DNA of 63,194 nucleotides, the filler included, from Rhabdomonas costata (Eukaryota): NCBI GenBank assembly GCA_019059605.1. It is 55 parts of 55 records of this genome, joined end to end, with 100 filler letters (N's around TTAATTAATTAA, not from the genome) between each part and the next. Parts side by side here need not be neighbours in the genome. Positions count along the whole stretch, not along the records: positions 1 to 1,051 come from JAHMHO010031294.1; positions 1,152 to 2,202 come from JAHMHO010031295.1; positions 2,303 to 3,353 come from JAHMHO010031296.1; positions 3,454 to 4,504 come from JAHMHO010031297.1; positions 4,605 to 5,655 come from JAHMHO010031298.1; positions 5,756 to 6,806 come from JAHMHO010031299.1; positions 6,907 to 7,957 come from JAHMHO010031300.1; positions 8,058 to 9,113 come from JAHMHO010031301.1; 47 more parts are not named here. One strand, written 5' to 3'. The notes under the pieces were generated by a model. The model was not told where the DNA came from. It worked only from the letters and a program-made list of their open reading frames with translations, and did not search any database. Each line of letters opens with the position of its first letter. Within the stretch, counting starts at the first letter, position 1. Of the stretch, positions 1-11,363 are shown in pieces. A program made the position numbers and the translations under genes.

Positions 1-1051
1 GGGTTGTGTTTTCTCCCCCTTACAAATTTACCCCCGAAATAAACGACTTGAAGAGGGCTGGGGAACTGCGCACACAAAAAATGATACTGCGGGTAACATT
101 CACCCCCACCCCCCAAGAGCTGCGGAGAAGCAGGAAAGGGACACAGAAGCTCGCTGGCGGTGGGTCACAACCAATGTACAGTCCATGACCTGCCATTGAG
201 CAAATACATTACGGTTGAGCAGCCCAAATGTGCGAGAATCATAAGCAGCAAGCCGCCATGGCTCCTGCGGAATAGGCGCATGCACGCCAGGAAACAAGGC
301 AGGAACAGTGAATTGGATTGTGCTCAAAAGCTCGGTTGCCACATTCTCCCATAGAGTAGCCACAATTGTTTCCACTTAATCACCATTTTCCGCGTTTTTC
401 ACTGCTTTGGCGTTCGCGTTTGACGACAGCGTTCCTAGGTGCACCAATGCTTCAGAAAGCACTTTGATGGCGCGATAAGCTCCCAGTCTGCCATCTGAAC
501 AGCCGAACGTCATGAGCTGGCAAACTCATACTTTGTGAGGTGGAATCGGCTTGGAGACAGCAGACGAGGAGTGAGGTCGTGGTGAAACTGAGACAGAGGT
601 GAAGCTGAAATTTCTCACTTATATAGGGACATCAGAGGTTCATGCTGGATTTAGAAACAGGCGTTGTGCTTGTCACCACAGTTTCGCTCTTTGATCGGCA
701 GCCAGAAGAGCTTTTCATTCTGAGAAAATCGCGGAGAAGTCTCATGATTACACTTCCATTCTGAGCGCCCGTTCAAGGATGCATCGCACTACTTACAGGT
801 CAGGTCAATTTACGCTGTCCTGAGAACTTCTCTTCTGCCTGATAACTTCCGCATGACTGTTCATCTCTTTCACTTCCTTCCAGCTCCCAGAAATGCTGAG
901 TCAGCTATGAAACAGCAGCACATATCCGCTGCCTGATGCGGAGGGTTAAGGGTTGGCAGGTTTATGCTTTCGCTGAGATCAACTTTACGACCCTGTACCG
1001 AGCGAAGCACATTTCATCGATGGAAAACCCGGCGAGCCGAAAACCCAACAC

Positions 1052-1151
1052 NNNNNNNNNNNNNNNNNNNNNNNNNNNNNNNNNNNNNNNNNNNNTTAAT
1101 TAATTAANNNNNNNNNNNNNNNNNNNNNNNNNNNNNNNNNNNNNNNNNNNN
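1052..1151. other. Artificial contig spacer N44-TTAATTAATTAA-N44 (first of 54; recurs about every 1151 bp)
   Basis: Identical 100-bp block with stop codons in all six frames separates 55 contigs of 1045-1056 bp. ORFs ending in XXX...LIN are spacer artefacts. Confidence 0.99.
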
Positions 1152-3453
1152 AGGTGTTGTGGCACAGAGTGAGCTGAACTCATTTTTTTGGCTTCAAGGC
1201 AGTCATTCCGATTGGCCTCTTTTCTGGGATCCCCTGTCTCAGAATTGTCATTCCTTTTTTGAGGAGCAAGAAGTGCCTCACCGTGGCTCCTCAAAAGATC
1301 AGCGGAGATCGGTCTGTAAATGGTGAACAGCCGTGGAGACGAAGGAGCCTTCATGTGAACGGCCATTGAGATCGAGAGCTAACGTGGGCTTCAGCAAGCG
1401 GAGGCATGACAAGGGTCTGGTCGCAAAGCAGTAGCCATAAGCGGAACTCAGCTGGCACCTCTTTCCTCTCAAGTTCACGTGACTGAAGCCGTCGCGGGAG
1501 AGTTGTCCCAGGTTTTCCTTCACGTAGGTCAACGTTAATGGAAACCGCTGCTTACTTTGTTGGGTCAGATGTGACGGCGGTTCACACGTTTGCGTGACAC
1601 GTTTTTAAAGACCGTCCCTCCAATGCGGAGCGCGCACGCACGCAGGCAGGATATTGGGTGGTTCCTTTTTCAGGGCGGCCAACCTCTCGGCCCTCCACTC
1701 GCTCTGGTGGAGAGGCGCTGTGCACCTCTCGCTCCATCTTCGCTCAGCTGCCTGCCCGCAGCCCGCCCCCGTCACCGGGTACGTGTGTGTATGTCTGTGA
1801 TCCTGCGTGGGAGGGTCGGCAAGGCATCACAGTCACTGTAATGACTTCGGACTTCGGCTCCTGTATGAAACCATAGCAGGGTGCAATTTTGCGGGGAAAA
1901 GGGCAACCATATTTTGGTTACTCTGAGCTCTGTCGTCAATCCCAATGGATTGGAGCCATCAGCCACCTCACTTCGTACATATCGTATGGGGCTGTTCTTC
2001 AACATTTGAAGCTGAGCAGATTTGCTCTACACTGAAAAATGCCCTCAAGAAATGAAATACCTTTTTTATCTCCTTGTGGCGCACTCTTGCAGTTATATAG
2101 GCTGGATTATATCCTTGGCTGGATCGTTAAGTAGTTCCCGTGGGTTTGTGGATGGGGTTGTGCAGGGGCGGTTTCCCCCGTCATCGCGTACCCGACCGAG
2201 CTNNNNNNNNNNNNNNNNNNNNNNNNNNNNNNNNNNNNNNNNNNNNTTAATTAATTAANNNNNNNNNNNNNNNNNNNNNNNNNNNNNNNNNNNNNNNNNN
2301 NNTGTGTGTGGGACGGTGGGCCAGCCAACCGAAAGCCGGGTCCACCACTCGGGCCATCGATCATTATCGCTGCAGGGGAAGGGGAGCAGCAATGAGAAAT
2401 TTGGGCTGCGGCAGAGACAGAGAGCTGAGATGAGAGCAAAAGACACTTGGGGGAGCCAACTGTCAAATGCCTGGTGCTCTTTTGCTTAAGGAGAACATGG
2501 TGAGAAGGCAGGGGAAAGGTATAAATCAAAGGGGAACAGGAGGACGCGAGTGTTAAGGAGCTGCCGAAGAACGAGAGAGAGAAAGAGAAGCTTGCAACAC
2601 GGCTGCCAGGGTCATGCAGGAATGCCGCTTCGTGGAGAAAGTGAAACATTTTGAAGCAATTTGCCTGGGAATCTGTTCTTAATGAGTTGGTTGTACCTCG
2701 AAAGTGATCGGGAAGTGAATAGATGCTGTGTTCAGTCTGCAGGGTCAGTTTTGTGCTTAAATGCTGCGAACTATACGCCCTATCAGAGCAGTTGTGCTCT
2801 CATTCGCCATGAAAATGAAAAAACATCATGTATGCTCCCATGGCGCGATGGGCGCGCGTGTCAACGGACAGGATAGGAGGGGTGACAGGATGCACTATCA
2901 AAATTTGTCAACGCACGTGCCCAAAACGGTAGAACGTTCGGGGAGTCCCCCAAAACCTCCAGGCCTCCAACTCCCCAAGCTCACTAAAGGGTTAACAGAC
3001 TTTTGCCTTGATTGCGCCTATCATCGCCGATCACCAGCTACTCCTAGGTCACGTCAAGCTCTGCCACACTCCTGCATTCACTAAGAGCAGGACAAGAAAC
3101 AAAAACCTAAATGTGGAGGCATCAAAGAATGCACGGCCGCCGCAGCGAACAAGACTGATTGAGTAGCGAGGTAGCAATCAAGTACAGTATGTACAATTTG
3201 CGGGATTAAAAAAAGCAAACAGAATGCCTTCTCCGCGCCAGCAGAAGTTCAATGCAGTTCATGTTCATTTGGTTACCCCCCCCCACCGCTCCCTAACCGA
3301 CGCAACACGGAGTGCAACAGGGTGACAGACACAAACCACCAAACACACAACACNNNNNNNNNNNNNNNNNNNNNNNNNNNNNNNNNNNNNNNNNNNNTTA
3401 ATTAATTAANNNNNNNNNNNNNNNNNNNNNNNNNNNNNNNNNNNNNNNNNNNN

Positions 3454-3941
3454 TGTTTGGGGTGGGAATTTGCCCGGGTGGCATTCCAGCGCCAGGCGCC
3501 AATATGCTGCCCTTATCGCTGTTGACGAGGCCTTATTATTCAGTCCCGGCGCTTCATAGAAGGACTTCTCCAGTATTCTTCCATCCGCTGAAGTTTGCGC
3601 CTCTCCTGCTGCCGCGCTTCCGCATTCCTCCATTCCATAACACTTTGTGTAATCGCATTTTGACACATTTCAACTCCTCTCCACGCGTCAAACAACACGA
3701 GCCTGGCGTCTCTTTCTGATTCTACCATTGCTCCCAAGCCTGACTCACCGCGGATTAGCCTTCCCGTCCCACGTTCCTCACTCTGCGTCCTTTCTGCGTG
3801 GGGTTCCCCACTGGGTGCTCGCTTGCAACATTCCCGCTGCGCCAGATCTGCGCTTTCCTCCAACAGATGGCGTTCTGTGATCTCTTCCACCTCCAGCCCA
3901 AACCTCACATCAGACTCATCCAGATCTACCCTATTTGACAC
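3454..3941 (-). pseudogene. Frameshifted coiled-coil plus degenerate DnaJ J-domain fragment
   Basis: About 3465-3570 reads KSFYEAPGLNNKASSTAIRAAYWRLALECHPGKFP (J-domain helices I-II; HPD changed to HPG). The upstream charged segment (ORF 3540-3941) is in another frame. Confidence 0.55.
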
Positions 3942-4318
3942 ACACGCACAGCTACTTCAACAAAACGTAAACACTTAAAAAGAATTTCTTGGAGCCAGAA
4001 TCATCATAACACTGGGTGACCAGACACCTGGCCCTTCGGAGGAACAAGGCTAATAAATCTTGCATCAAAGGTCCTCCACATGGAACCGGCGCAAAAAAAG
4101 AAAGATGAGACAATTTTTCTGGAGGCTCGAGGCCATCTCCTCACACTGAGCCCTTGACCAGTTGTGGGGCATGGGCCCCTGCTTCCTCGAGCCTCAGAAT
4201 GTCGGCAACTTCAGAATGTCGAAATCAAAGCGGTGAAATCAAAAGCTGACACTTATATTCATAGAAAAAACGTACGCGAGTAAAAACAGGTGAAATGCGT
4301 GTTTGCTGGGGAGCATGC

Positions 4319-4452
4319 CTAGCAGTATGTTCTGCCCAATTGGTGCCCGGGCATAGCCCCCCGAGTTGCTCAGCCCCGGCCACAGCTGATCCATGACGAC
4401 ATCGTGAAACCATGAGAACCACTCCTGGGAGCTCATGATGTCTGGGTACAGC
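4319..4452 (-). CDS. Internal exon of a polycystin-2 (PKD2)-like cation channel, extracellular domain
   Basis: LYPDIMSSQEWFSWFHDVVMDQLWPGLSNSGGYARAPIGQNILLG fits the polycystin dI.s..dfw.W...N.llG pattern. CAG acceptor at 4453-4454; probable GC donor at 4317-4318. Confidence 0.6.
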
Positions 4453-4604
4453 CTGTATCCCCGTACATCCCATCCCACTCATTCGTGACACCTTCCACCC
4501 ACCCNNNNNNNNNNNNNNNNNNNNNNNNNNNNNNNNNNNNNNNNNNNNTTAATTAATTAANNNNNNNNNNNNNNNNNNNNNNNNNNNNNNNNNNNNNNNN
4601 NNNN

Positions 4605-5387
4605 TTGTACAGGTTGACTTTTGTGCTTGCAAGGCTTTGCCGACAACATTTGTGTGGTTTGAATGTTGTAGACTCGCTTTGCTGTGGATCAGTGTGGGTA
4701 ATTGCTCGTTTGGGAAATCGTGGGATCCTCCTCCCTCGTCAAAGGGATCACAGAACGCTCATTGCTGCAGAGCATTTGAGAAGAAGTCATGATCTAATCT
4801 GGCGCGGATTCACATCAAAGAGATCTCAAACCCCCTACTCCCGTTATTCCCATGCCTTCCATTTTCCCTTGCATCCTTCCGCCTTGAAGTCAATCTCGGG
4901 TAGAAGTGTGCCGGCGTAGGCTGGGCTGAGCGACGGTGGTCTGGGGCTCACAGGTGTTTTCAGCTCCCGTCGTTAGTGCTTGCAGGTGTCACCGGTCCGC
5001 GGGCTAAGCACAGCTACATTTTGGGGCAGTGCCATTCGGTGCTCGGTCGATGCCAATGGTTTGAGTGCGAAACATCATTTGTAAATACGACATCATGGAG
5101 CAAAGTAAGTAGTAAATCTCAGGATGTTTCCTCTCTTCGCTGTAAAATGACGGTGAATGATAGGTGGCTGGAACACAGCAACAGGTGGGCCGTTGAGAAG
5201 ATGCACCAAAGGAAATGGAGCCGCTGTTTTGCGCAGCAGTCAGCGTGTCAGGCTCTTCGTCAGCGCCGTCTTCCAATACGGCCTTGGGGTGGGTGTTAAT
5301 TGGGAGGGGCTTATCCTCCGTTTTGGAGCGTGGGTCCGGTGCATTTTGCGGGTTTAACGACGTTAAACGAACGAACGAACGAACGAA
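4605..5387 (+). mobile_element. Possible decayed 3' end of a CRE-type non-LTR retrotransposon (restriction-like endonuclease) with (AACG)n tail
   Basis: Degenerate motifs in the expected order: LCCGSVWVIAR (CCHC-like), RRSHDLIWRGF (RPaD-like), KGNGAAVL (QRGNA-like), then (AACG)5 at 5366-5387. Multiple stops and frameshifts. Confidence 0.3.
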
Positions 5388-6559
5388 GTTCGCGTATGCC
5401 GAGCCACACCCCCGACTTGCTGTCTGTTTGGGTAGGCCTCCGCAGTTTGTTTTGGGCGTTCTGTGCATTGCATGCGATGCTCGCCTGTCTGCGCCTGTTC
5501 GGGGCGTGTGGGTGTGGTGGATGGGTGAGGTGAAGACAGGGTCCAGGGAGTGGGCGTATCATACTGGTCAGCGCTGGAGTTGTTTCTTCGTTGGCACGCC
5601 ATCCGTGCGGGAGGCGTAGATGACGCGGTGAGATCCTGGGTGAAGGCGCGGAGTCNNNNNNNNNNNNNNNNNNNNNNNNNNNNNNNNNNNNNNNNNNNNT
5701 TAATTAATTAANNNNNNNNNNNNNNNNNNNNNNNNNNNNNNNNNNNNNNNNNNNNGGTTTGTGGTAATATTCCACACCTGTTCTGTCGACGCACACAGTT
5801 TCTGCTGGCATCTTTGGCGAGTTTCATGTTGCGGGCTGCCTGCCATTCTGACTGGGACCGAACAGCATCCCTGCTGCCGTTTTGAGCTGCGGAGACACCG
5901 TCTGGACAAAAACCATCCTTTGCCGAGTTGTTCTCTACGTCCACACATCGTCAAGCTTTAGAAGTGCATGGTTGCATCGGCAAAAGCGAGTTGTGGGCAA
6001 ACGATCGAGCCTCGCAGTATGATCGGGGACAACCGCCTGCACATCTGGAATCGGGTCGGCGGATTAGTGCGGTTTCCTTGAAGTTCCCGCCTCGACTGTC
6101 ATACTCATTCCCTCGTTCCCCCTGCCGCCAACTTCATTAAGATGCATATTGCCGAGACATCTGAAGGCATTTTTATCACATTAGAATCTTTTACAAACCG
6201 GCGCTGCAGGATCTCACAAACCGAGCCCTCGATTCAAACACGGCATATGTGATTACTAAAACTTCGGCCCTTTTGTGCTTCTGTGCTTCTGCTCGTGCGC
6301 TTTGGCTTTCGTTTCTGTAACGCCTTTCCCCGTCAAGGACGTTGATGCTCGTGATTGGGCTTGACGCCAAAATAATTTTTTCGCCAGATGTTGTGATGGT
6401 ACCTGCTTTTGAATACCCCAATGCAGTTCACATGTCCAGCTGAATTGCTCCTCAAGGCTCAAAATCAGTGAGGATAGATTTTTTCATTTTGACCCCCAAT
6501 TTCGACAAAGCTGCATTGGATCGGGGGCATATTTTCTTTTTCGACCTTTTCAGCTGATT

Positions 6560-6806
6560 ATGGCAAGCCTACACACTCCACGGATGGCGGATCCTCGGTC
6601 GCCGCGCCTGTATAACCACCCCGCCTTTGGGCGGCACAGCAACATCACCGCCAAGGAGCACAATGTGCCTGCGGATAAAGCCGGGCGCAAGTTCTTCCGC
6701 TTGCACTGCCCCAACCTACACGTCAAGCACGAGGCGTTCACGGATACCCAGTTGGGGCGGATCAAGGCCGCGTGCGAGGCGGCCCTGGGCCCAGACAACC
6801 CACACA
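6560..6806 (+). CDS. Partial coding exon, unknown protein
   Basis: High-GC3 open frame MASLHTPRMADPRSPRLYNHPAF... directly after a pyrimidine tract and CAG (about 6531-6554); runs off the contig. Confidence 0.5.
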
Positions 6807-7036
6807 NNNNNNNNNNNNNNNNNNNNNNNNNNNNNNNNNNNNNNNNNNNNTTAATTAATTAANNNNNNNNNNNNNNNNNNNNNNNNNNNNNNNNNNNNNN
6901 NNNNNNGTGGGGGGTTTAATTGCAATCTTGGACCACTATTGGTCAATGTGGAGGATGGATGCCCCCTCGTCTGCTGGCGTTTAATTGCAATCTTGGACCA
7001 CTATTGGTCAATGTGGAGGATGGATGCTCAACATAC

Positions 7037-7957
7037 GTCCAGCAGGTCGTTGATCAGGTACAGCAGCGCACTTCCACTGCAGCTGATACAGTGAGTGCAC
7101 TCGCGCTGCTTGGGGTCCAGGGTCGTGGTCTCCAAAAGGATCTGAACGAATATAAAAAAACAGATTTCGAATGAATTCAGAAAACGGACAAAAATGACAA
7201 CCAGCAGACCCCCAAGAGAGATCCTCCAGGTCTTTCGCAGGAATCTCGACGGCGGGGTGCAATTGGGTGGGGTGTGCTCTATGTGAACGAAGGACGTGCT
7301 GCCTCAGGAAGCATAACTTAATCCCCTTGGCGACCTACTTATCCTTATTCGAACACCAAAGAACATTTCCCAATTTTCATCTGTAGTTCTTTTAACTCAT
7401 TTATCGACTTCCCCCCTCTGTCACGAGACGGCACTCTCGGAAGTGCGTTCTTTCCCACCTCGCTTGCGTGAAGGCTGTGCCTATTGTCAGCGGTATGCCC
7501 CTCAATCTCTCAAGCTTCCCAAAATTTCGTGATGCGAAAATTCCACCGAAAAGGCACTTATAAAAGGGTTTAGAGACCCCGAGCAGTTCCGGTTAAGTCA
7601 CTAAAAAGCCCACCATGCTGCATTATTCATTCCATATCTATTTTCCAGAAATCAAAGCTGAATTGGGCGGATCTTGGTTGGGCTCGTCATCTCAATTCCA
7701 AGTCATATGCGTATATCCCGAAAAAAAAAACGAGCACCAGCAGTGACCGGCAACTCCATTCATCCAAACGATTTATCGTTCAGTTCGAGCAGGTTCTGCC
7801 AGTTAATGGGGGAAGCACGATGAAAACATTCCTCGGCCATCCCAATGCACGCCGTAAGCGGCGTCCGCATCTCGTGGCTCACCATCGCAAAGAACATCTC
7901 CTTCGACCGCATCAACTCCCGGGCCTGCTCCTCGCTCCGCTGGATCTCCGCCGCGCG
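7037..7957 (-). CDS. Sensor histidine kinase, HisKA domain; exons 7957-7832 and 7141-7037
   Basis: Spliced translation RAAEIQRSEEQARELMRSKEMFFAMVSHEMRTPLTACIGMAE|ILLETTTLDPKQRECTHCISCSGSALLYLINDLLD, containing the H-box SHEMRTPL and the LINDLLD motif. Missed by the ORF track. Confidence 0.92.
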
Positions 7958-8092
7958 NNNNNNNNNNNNNNNNNNNNNNNNNNNNNNNNNNNNNNNNNNN
8001 NTTAATTAATTAANNNNNNNNNNNNNNNNNNNNNNNNNNNNNNNNNNNNNNNNNNNNTTTGTTGTGATCCATCCTGTTTTCACAGGGAGATG

Positions 8093-8189
8093 ATTTTTGG
8101 TCCTTGATGACAGCGAATCTCACATGAATCTCTCATGATGACACCATGAGAGATTCATGTACGATTCGCTGTCATCAAGGACCAAAAAT
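8093..8189. repeat. 97-bp near-perfect palindrome (45-bp arms, 2 mismatches, 7-nt loop)
   Basis: ATTTTTGGTCCTTGATGACAGCGAATC..ACATGAATCTCTCATG / CATGAGAGATTCATGT..GATTCGCTGTCATCAAGGACCAAAAAT. Confidence 0.9.
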
Positions 8190-8775
8190 TAAGATCTATA
8201 TGAATGAATACAAAGCAAGTTATTTTTTGTGCCCGTGTGAGTTTCTTATTCGGTTTAATCCTATTTTATGGCTACAAAAAAGCTTGTTGGGGGCCTTTTG
8301 GACTTAGTACTTCGACATTGAGGGCAAACTGTCCTGTTTTTCTGCTGTTTTTCTGGAGAGTCCGCTGGTAAGCGAGCATTGACTTTGGTTATCATTGCTG
8401 TTTGATGTGAAACGGCAGTTTAATACAGCATTCTGAGATGGAAAAAAACCCCTGGCATCCCGCCACTCGGCCGTTCGTGGACAGAATTAGACTGTTTTTG
8501 CTGTTGAACGGTTGTGTATTGTCTTGCAGCGCACACGTTTTCCTGTGTTTTTTCCGTTCCATCGGTGCAGAATTACTTGTTGTTTGGTTGACCCAGCCTT
8601 TTGTGGCAGTTTTGAGAGAAAGGCGGTTTTCGTGCGGTATGAACGTCGTTAAAAATGGCCCGTATGCAGTCGAAAGCCACCCCTTTCTCGAAAAACTCAA
8701 GAATTAGTGCCGCTAAGTCAATTTATTGTGCGTGTGCTGCTTAAAAATCACCTTTTTCGAAAAATAAAAATCAAG

Positions 8776-8943
8776 ACAACGTTTTGCAAAACTGGATTGA
8801 ACACCCCCCCCTCCCCCAGTCATGGTCAATGTTGGGGCATATCGGTAGTTTGTCGTAGGGAGTTCATTGTTGCCGGGACGAATTTTCAACATTGAAGTAT
8901 TGGGGTGAAAGGGGGGTGTTCAATATGTTTTGCAAAACGTTGT
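8776..8943. repeat. Imperfect inverted repeat (about 34-bp core arms, about 100-bp spacer) related to the 10364 repeat family
   Basis: ACAACGTTTTGCAAAACtggATTGAACACCCCCC (8776) vs GGGGGGTGTTCAATatGTTTTGCAAAACGTTGT (8911-8943), with an inner TCAATGTTG/CAACATTGA pair. Confidence 0.8.
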
Positions 8944-9213
8944 ATTTGGGGTGGAAGGCTGGAATTGGCTGTTTTTAAGGGGTTTCGGGGTGCATTTTGG
9001 GCGCATTTCGGGTGTTTGCCTGCGGCGTCGCATGGCTCCGTGCCAACCGCCTACAAAGGCATTATTTTGGCACAAAAGGTGTGCTGGAGCACCTCTGAAG
9101 GCCCGATTTTAGCNNNNNNNNNNNNNNNNNNNNNNNNNNNNNNNNNNNNNNNNNNNNTTAATTAATTAANNNNNNNNNNNNNNNNNNNNNNNNNNNNNNN
9201 NNNNNNNNNNNNN

Positions 9214-9293
9214 ACCCGCCGCAGTCGCCACAGCTCCCGCAGGGGCAGGAAGCTCACCACTGCGCCCAGCATCTCCGGGGGCCACTTCATCAT
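9214..9293 (-). CDS. F-box motif, N-terminal part of an F-box protein (partial)
   Basis: MMKWPPEMLGAVVSFLPLRELWRLRR matches the F-box lP.Eil..IfsfL...el pattern. A possible short first exon MANTASE|GT starts at 9468. Confidence 0.7.
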
Positions 9294-10363
9294 GTGGTGC
9301 TTGCTCATTGCGTTGATGTTGGTGGAAGTTGTGGTTGTGACAGGGGTGATAGATGTAGTAGTGGTTGGAGATGCGGAGAATCTCTCCGGGTGAGGCTTGG
9401 TTTGGACTAGGGCATGGGCCTGAGGCTTCATCAAGTAGTCGCCAGACCTCGGAAGCTGTGTTTGCCATGACGCAAACCGAAAATCAGTTCCTGCATTCCA
9501 TCCTTAATTGATTGTATGGATGAGGTCATCCCTCCCTCCTGAAGCGACATTTTGCAATGCAACAAAAAATAACCCGCAAAACCATAAAAATGCCCCAACC
9601 CCACCCGAACGAGTAATTTTTAACAAATAATTTTTAATTTTCAAAACGAAATGTACCACAATGCGCGACGCCTGGAAGAAGGGCAGCGACATTTCCATTG
9701 CTCGGGTGGGACCCACGCAGTTGTGCATCAGCTCCATCGGAAAAATAAAAAGGGAAACGCACAAAACAAGTTCTGGAAACGCAGATTACACAGAATATGA
9801 GCAAAGATGAGAAATCAATTCACAATGCAGAGAGCTACTTCCCGTTTCTTCGTCTTCTTTCTTCTTCGTCTCCACAACTTCACTCAATACGAACCAAGTC
9901 AGACTGATAACACAGGATGCATTCTGAACGCGGAGCAGAATCCTTGCAAAGGATCGCCATTCATAACGGAGAAGCATGTGTTTCCTGGGCAGTGCTTTTG
10001 ATGGTCCTTCTTTCAAGACCGGGACTGGACCAAATTGGGTAATTGAAAAGATCCCATTTAGAGCTCATAACACGACCAAAAGACAGGGGAAATGAGACAC
10101 AGTCATCTTCCACTGCAGTGTCCGTTTTTACTGAATTTGAAAAGATCAGTCAGTCATCTTCCTAGAGCATTTCGCATCTCAACCCCCCACCCCTCGAACA
10201 AAAGTAAGCGGTCAAAATCCAGCACGCCTTCGGGGCCCCAGGTTCATTGCACAACCCCAAACCNNNNNNNNNNNNNNNNNNNNNNNNNNNNNNNNNNNNN
10301 NNNNNNNTTAATTAATTAANNNNNNNNNNNNNNNNNNNNNNNNNNNNNNNNNNNNNNNNNNNN

Positions 10364-10693
10364 GCCCCATTGTGTAACAACATTGACTACAGGGGGAAAG
10401 GGGGGCACGTATGCTTTGCACAGCAACCGCAAAAGTGCCCAAATCGGCTCTTTCCAGCTAAAAAGGCCAAAGTTAGGGGTAAAATGATGGTTTTTAGGCC
10501 AAAATTGATGAAAAAAGAAGCAAAGTACAAGTACACGCGGATGAGTGGGGTGGCGACGACACAAAAAAATTACTTGGGGGTAAGCCTCGTCTTGGGGAGG
10601 GTAAGAGTGGTTCCGGTGACGGAGAAGCAAAAAGATCTTGAATTATTGACCCTTTTTTACTGTGTGATAGGGCATTTTAAAATCGAGCTTTGT
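10364..10693. mobile_element. Terminal segment of an interspersed repeat (putative DNA-transposon end), copy 1
   Basis: Aligns by eye with 17281-17562 (shared AGTGGGGTGG, AAAAAATTACTT.GGGGTAA, TTTTTTACTGTGTGAT.GGGC, AATCGAGCTTTGT). Similarity stops abruptly after AATCGAGCTTTGT in both copies. Confidence 0.75.
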
Positions 10694-10707
10694 CTATTAT
10701 TATTACA

Positions 10708-11363
10708 ATGTGTGGAATTTTTATTTACAATGGTACAATTCATACAATTGAATCATTACAAAAACATTTTAATAAAATACAAAAAAGAGGTCCTGATCAT
10801 TCTAAAATAATGAATGTAGCATCTGATTTAATTTTTGGTTTTCATCGTCTTGCTATTGTTGATATTTCTGACAAAGGAAATCAGCCATTTTTTATAAATG
10901 GTATTTATTTAGTAGCAAATGGAGAAATTTATAATCATCTTGAATTAAAACAAGAAAATGATTTTATTACTTATTCACATAGTGATTGTGAAATTATTAT
11001 TCATATGTATCTTAAATATGGAATCGAATATACAATTAATCAATTAGATGGTGTATTTGCTTTTGCTTTATATGATACATTAACAGATCGAATTTGTGTT
11101 GCTCGAGATCCATATGGTGTAAGACCTTTATTTGTTGGAACTTCTGATAATTTCGAAGTTTTTTACGGCTCAGAGCTAAAAGGCATTAATGATTTGTGTC
11201 AATATGTACGACAATTTAAACCAGGATGCTATACAAATTTTGTAAATGGTACTTTAGAAATAGAAGAAAAACGTTATTATGAATATATATATCCAACTTT
11301 AAAAATAAATGAAGAACAAATTTATTTTAAAATTAATGAACTTTTAACTGCATCTGTAAAAAA
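10708..11363 (+). CDS. asnB: Asparagine synthetase (glutamine-hydrolysing), N-terminal glutaminase domain; intronless, AT-rich, truncated by a fold-back artefact
   Basis: MCGIF start with Ntn Cys2, then RGPD, FHRLAIVD, GNQP, NGEIYNH, SDCE, LDGVFAF and ARDPYGVRPLF motifs. GC is roughly 25-30%. 11356-11415 is the reverse complement of 11107-11166. Confidence 0.95.

Noticed and set aside
1096-1107. Regularly spaced TTAATTAATTAA resembling a repeat-spacer or CRISPR-like array
   Set aside because: Synthetic six-frame-stop linker embedded in Ns.
6914-7027. 49-bp direct repeat with a 65-bp period
   Set aside because: Starts at the primer-overwritten contig end with only two copies; cannot be distinguished from an amplification duplication.
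10501-10508. AAAATTGA Mimivirus early-promoter motif upstream of asnB
   Set aside because: It lies inside the host repeat, 200 bp from the ATG, and the second copy has a variant; probably chance.
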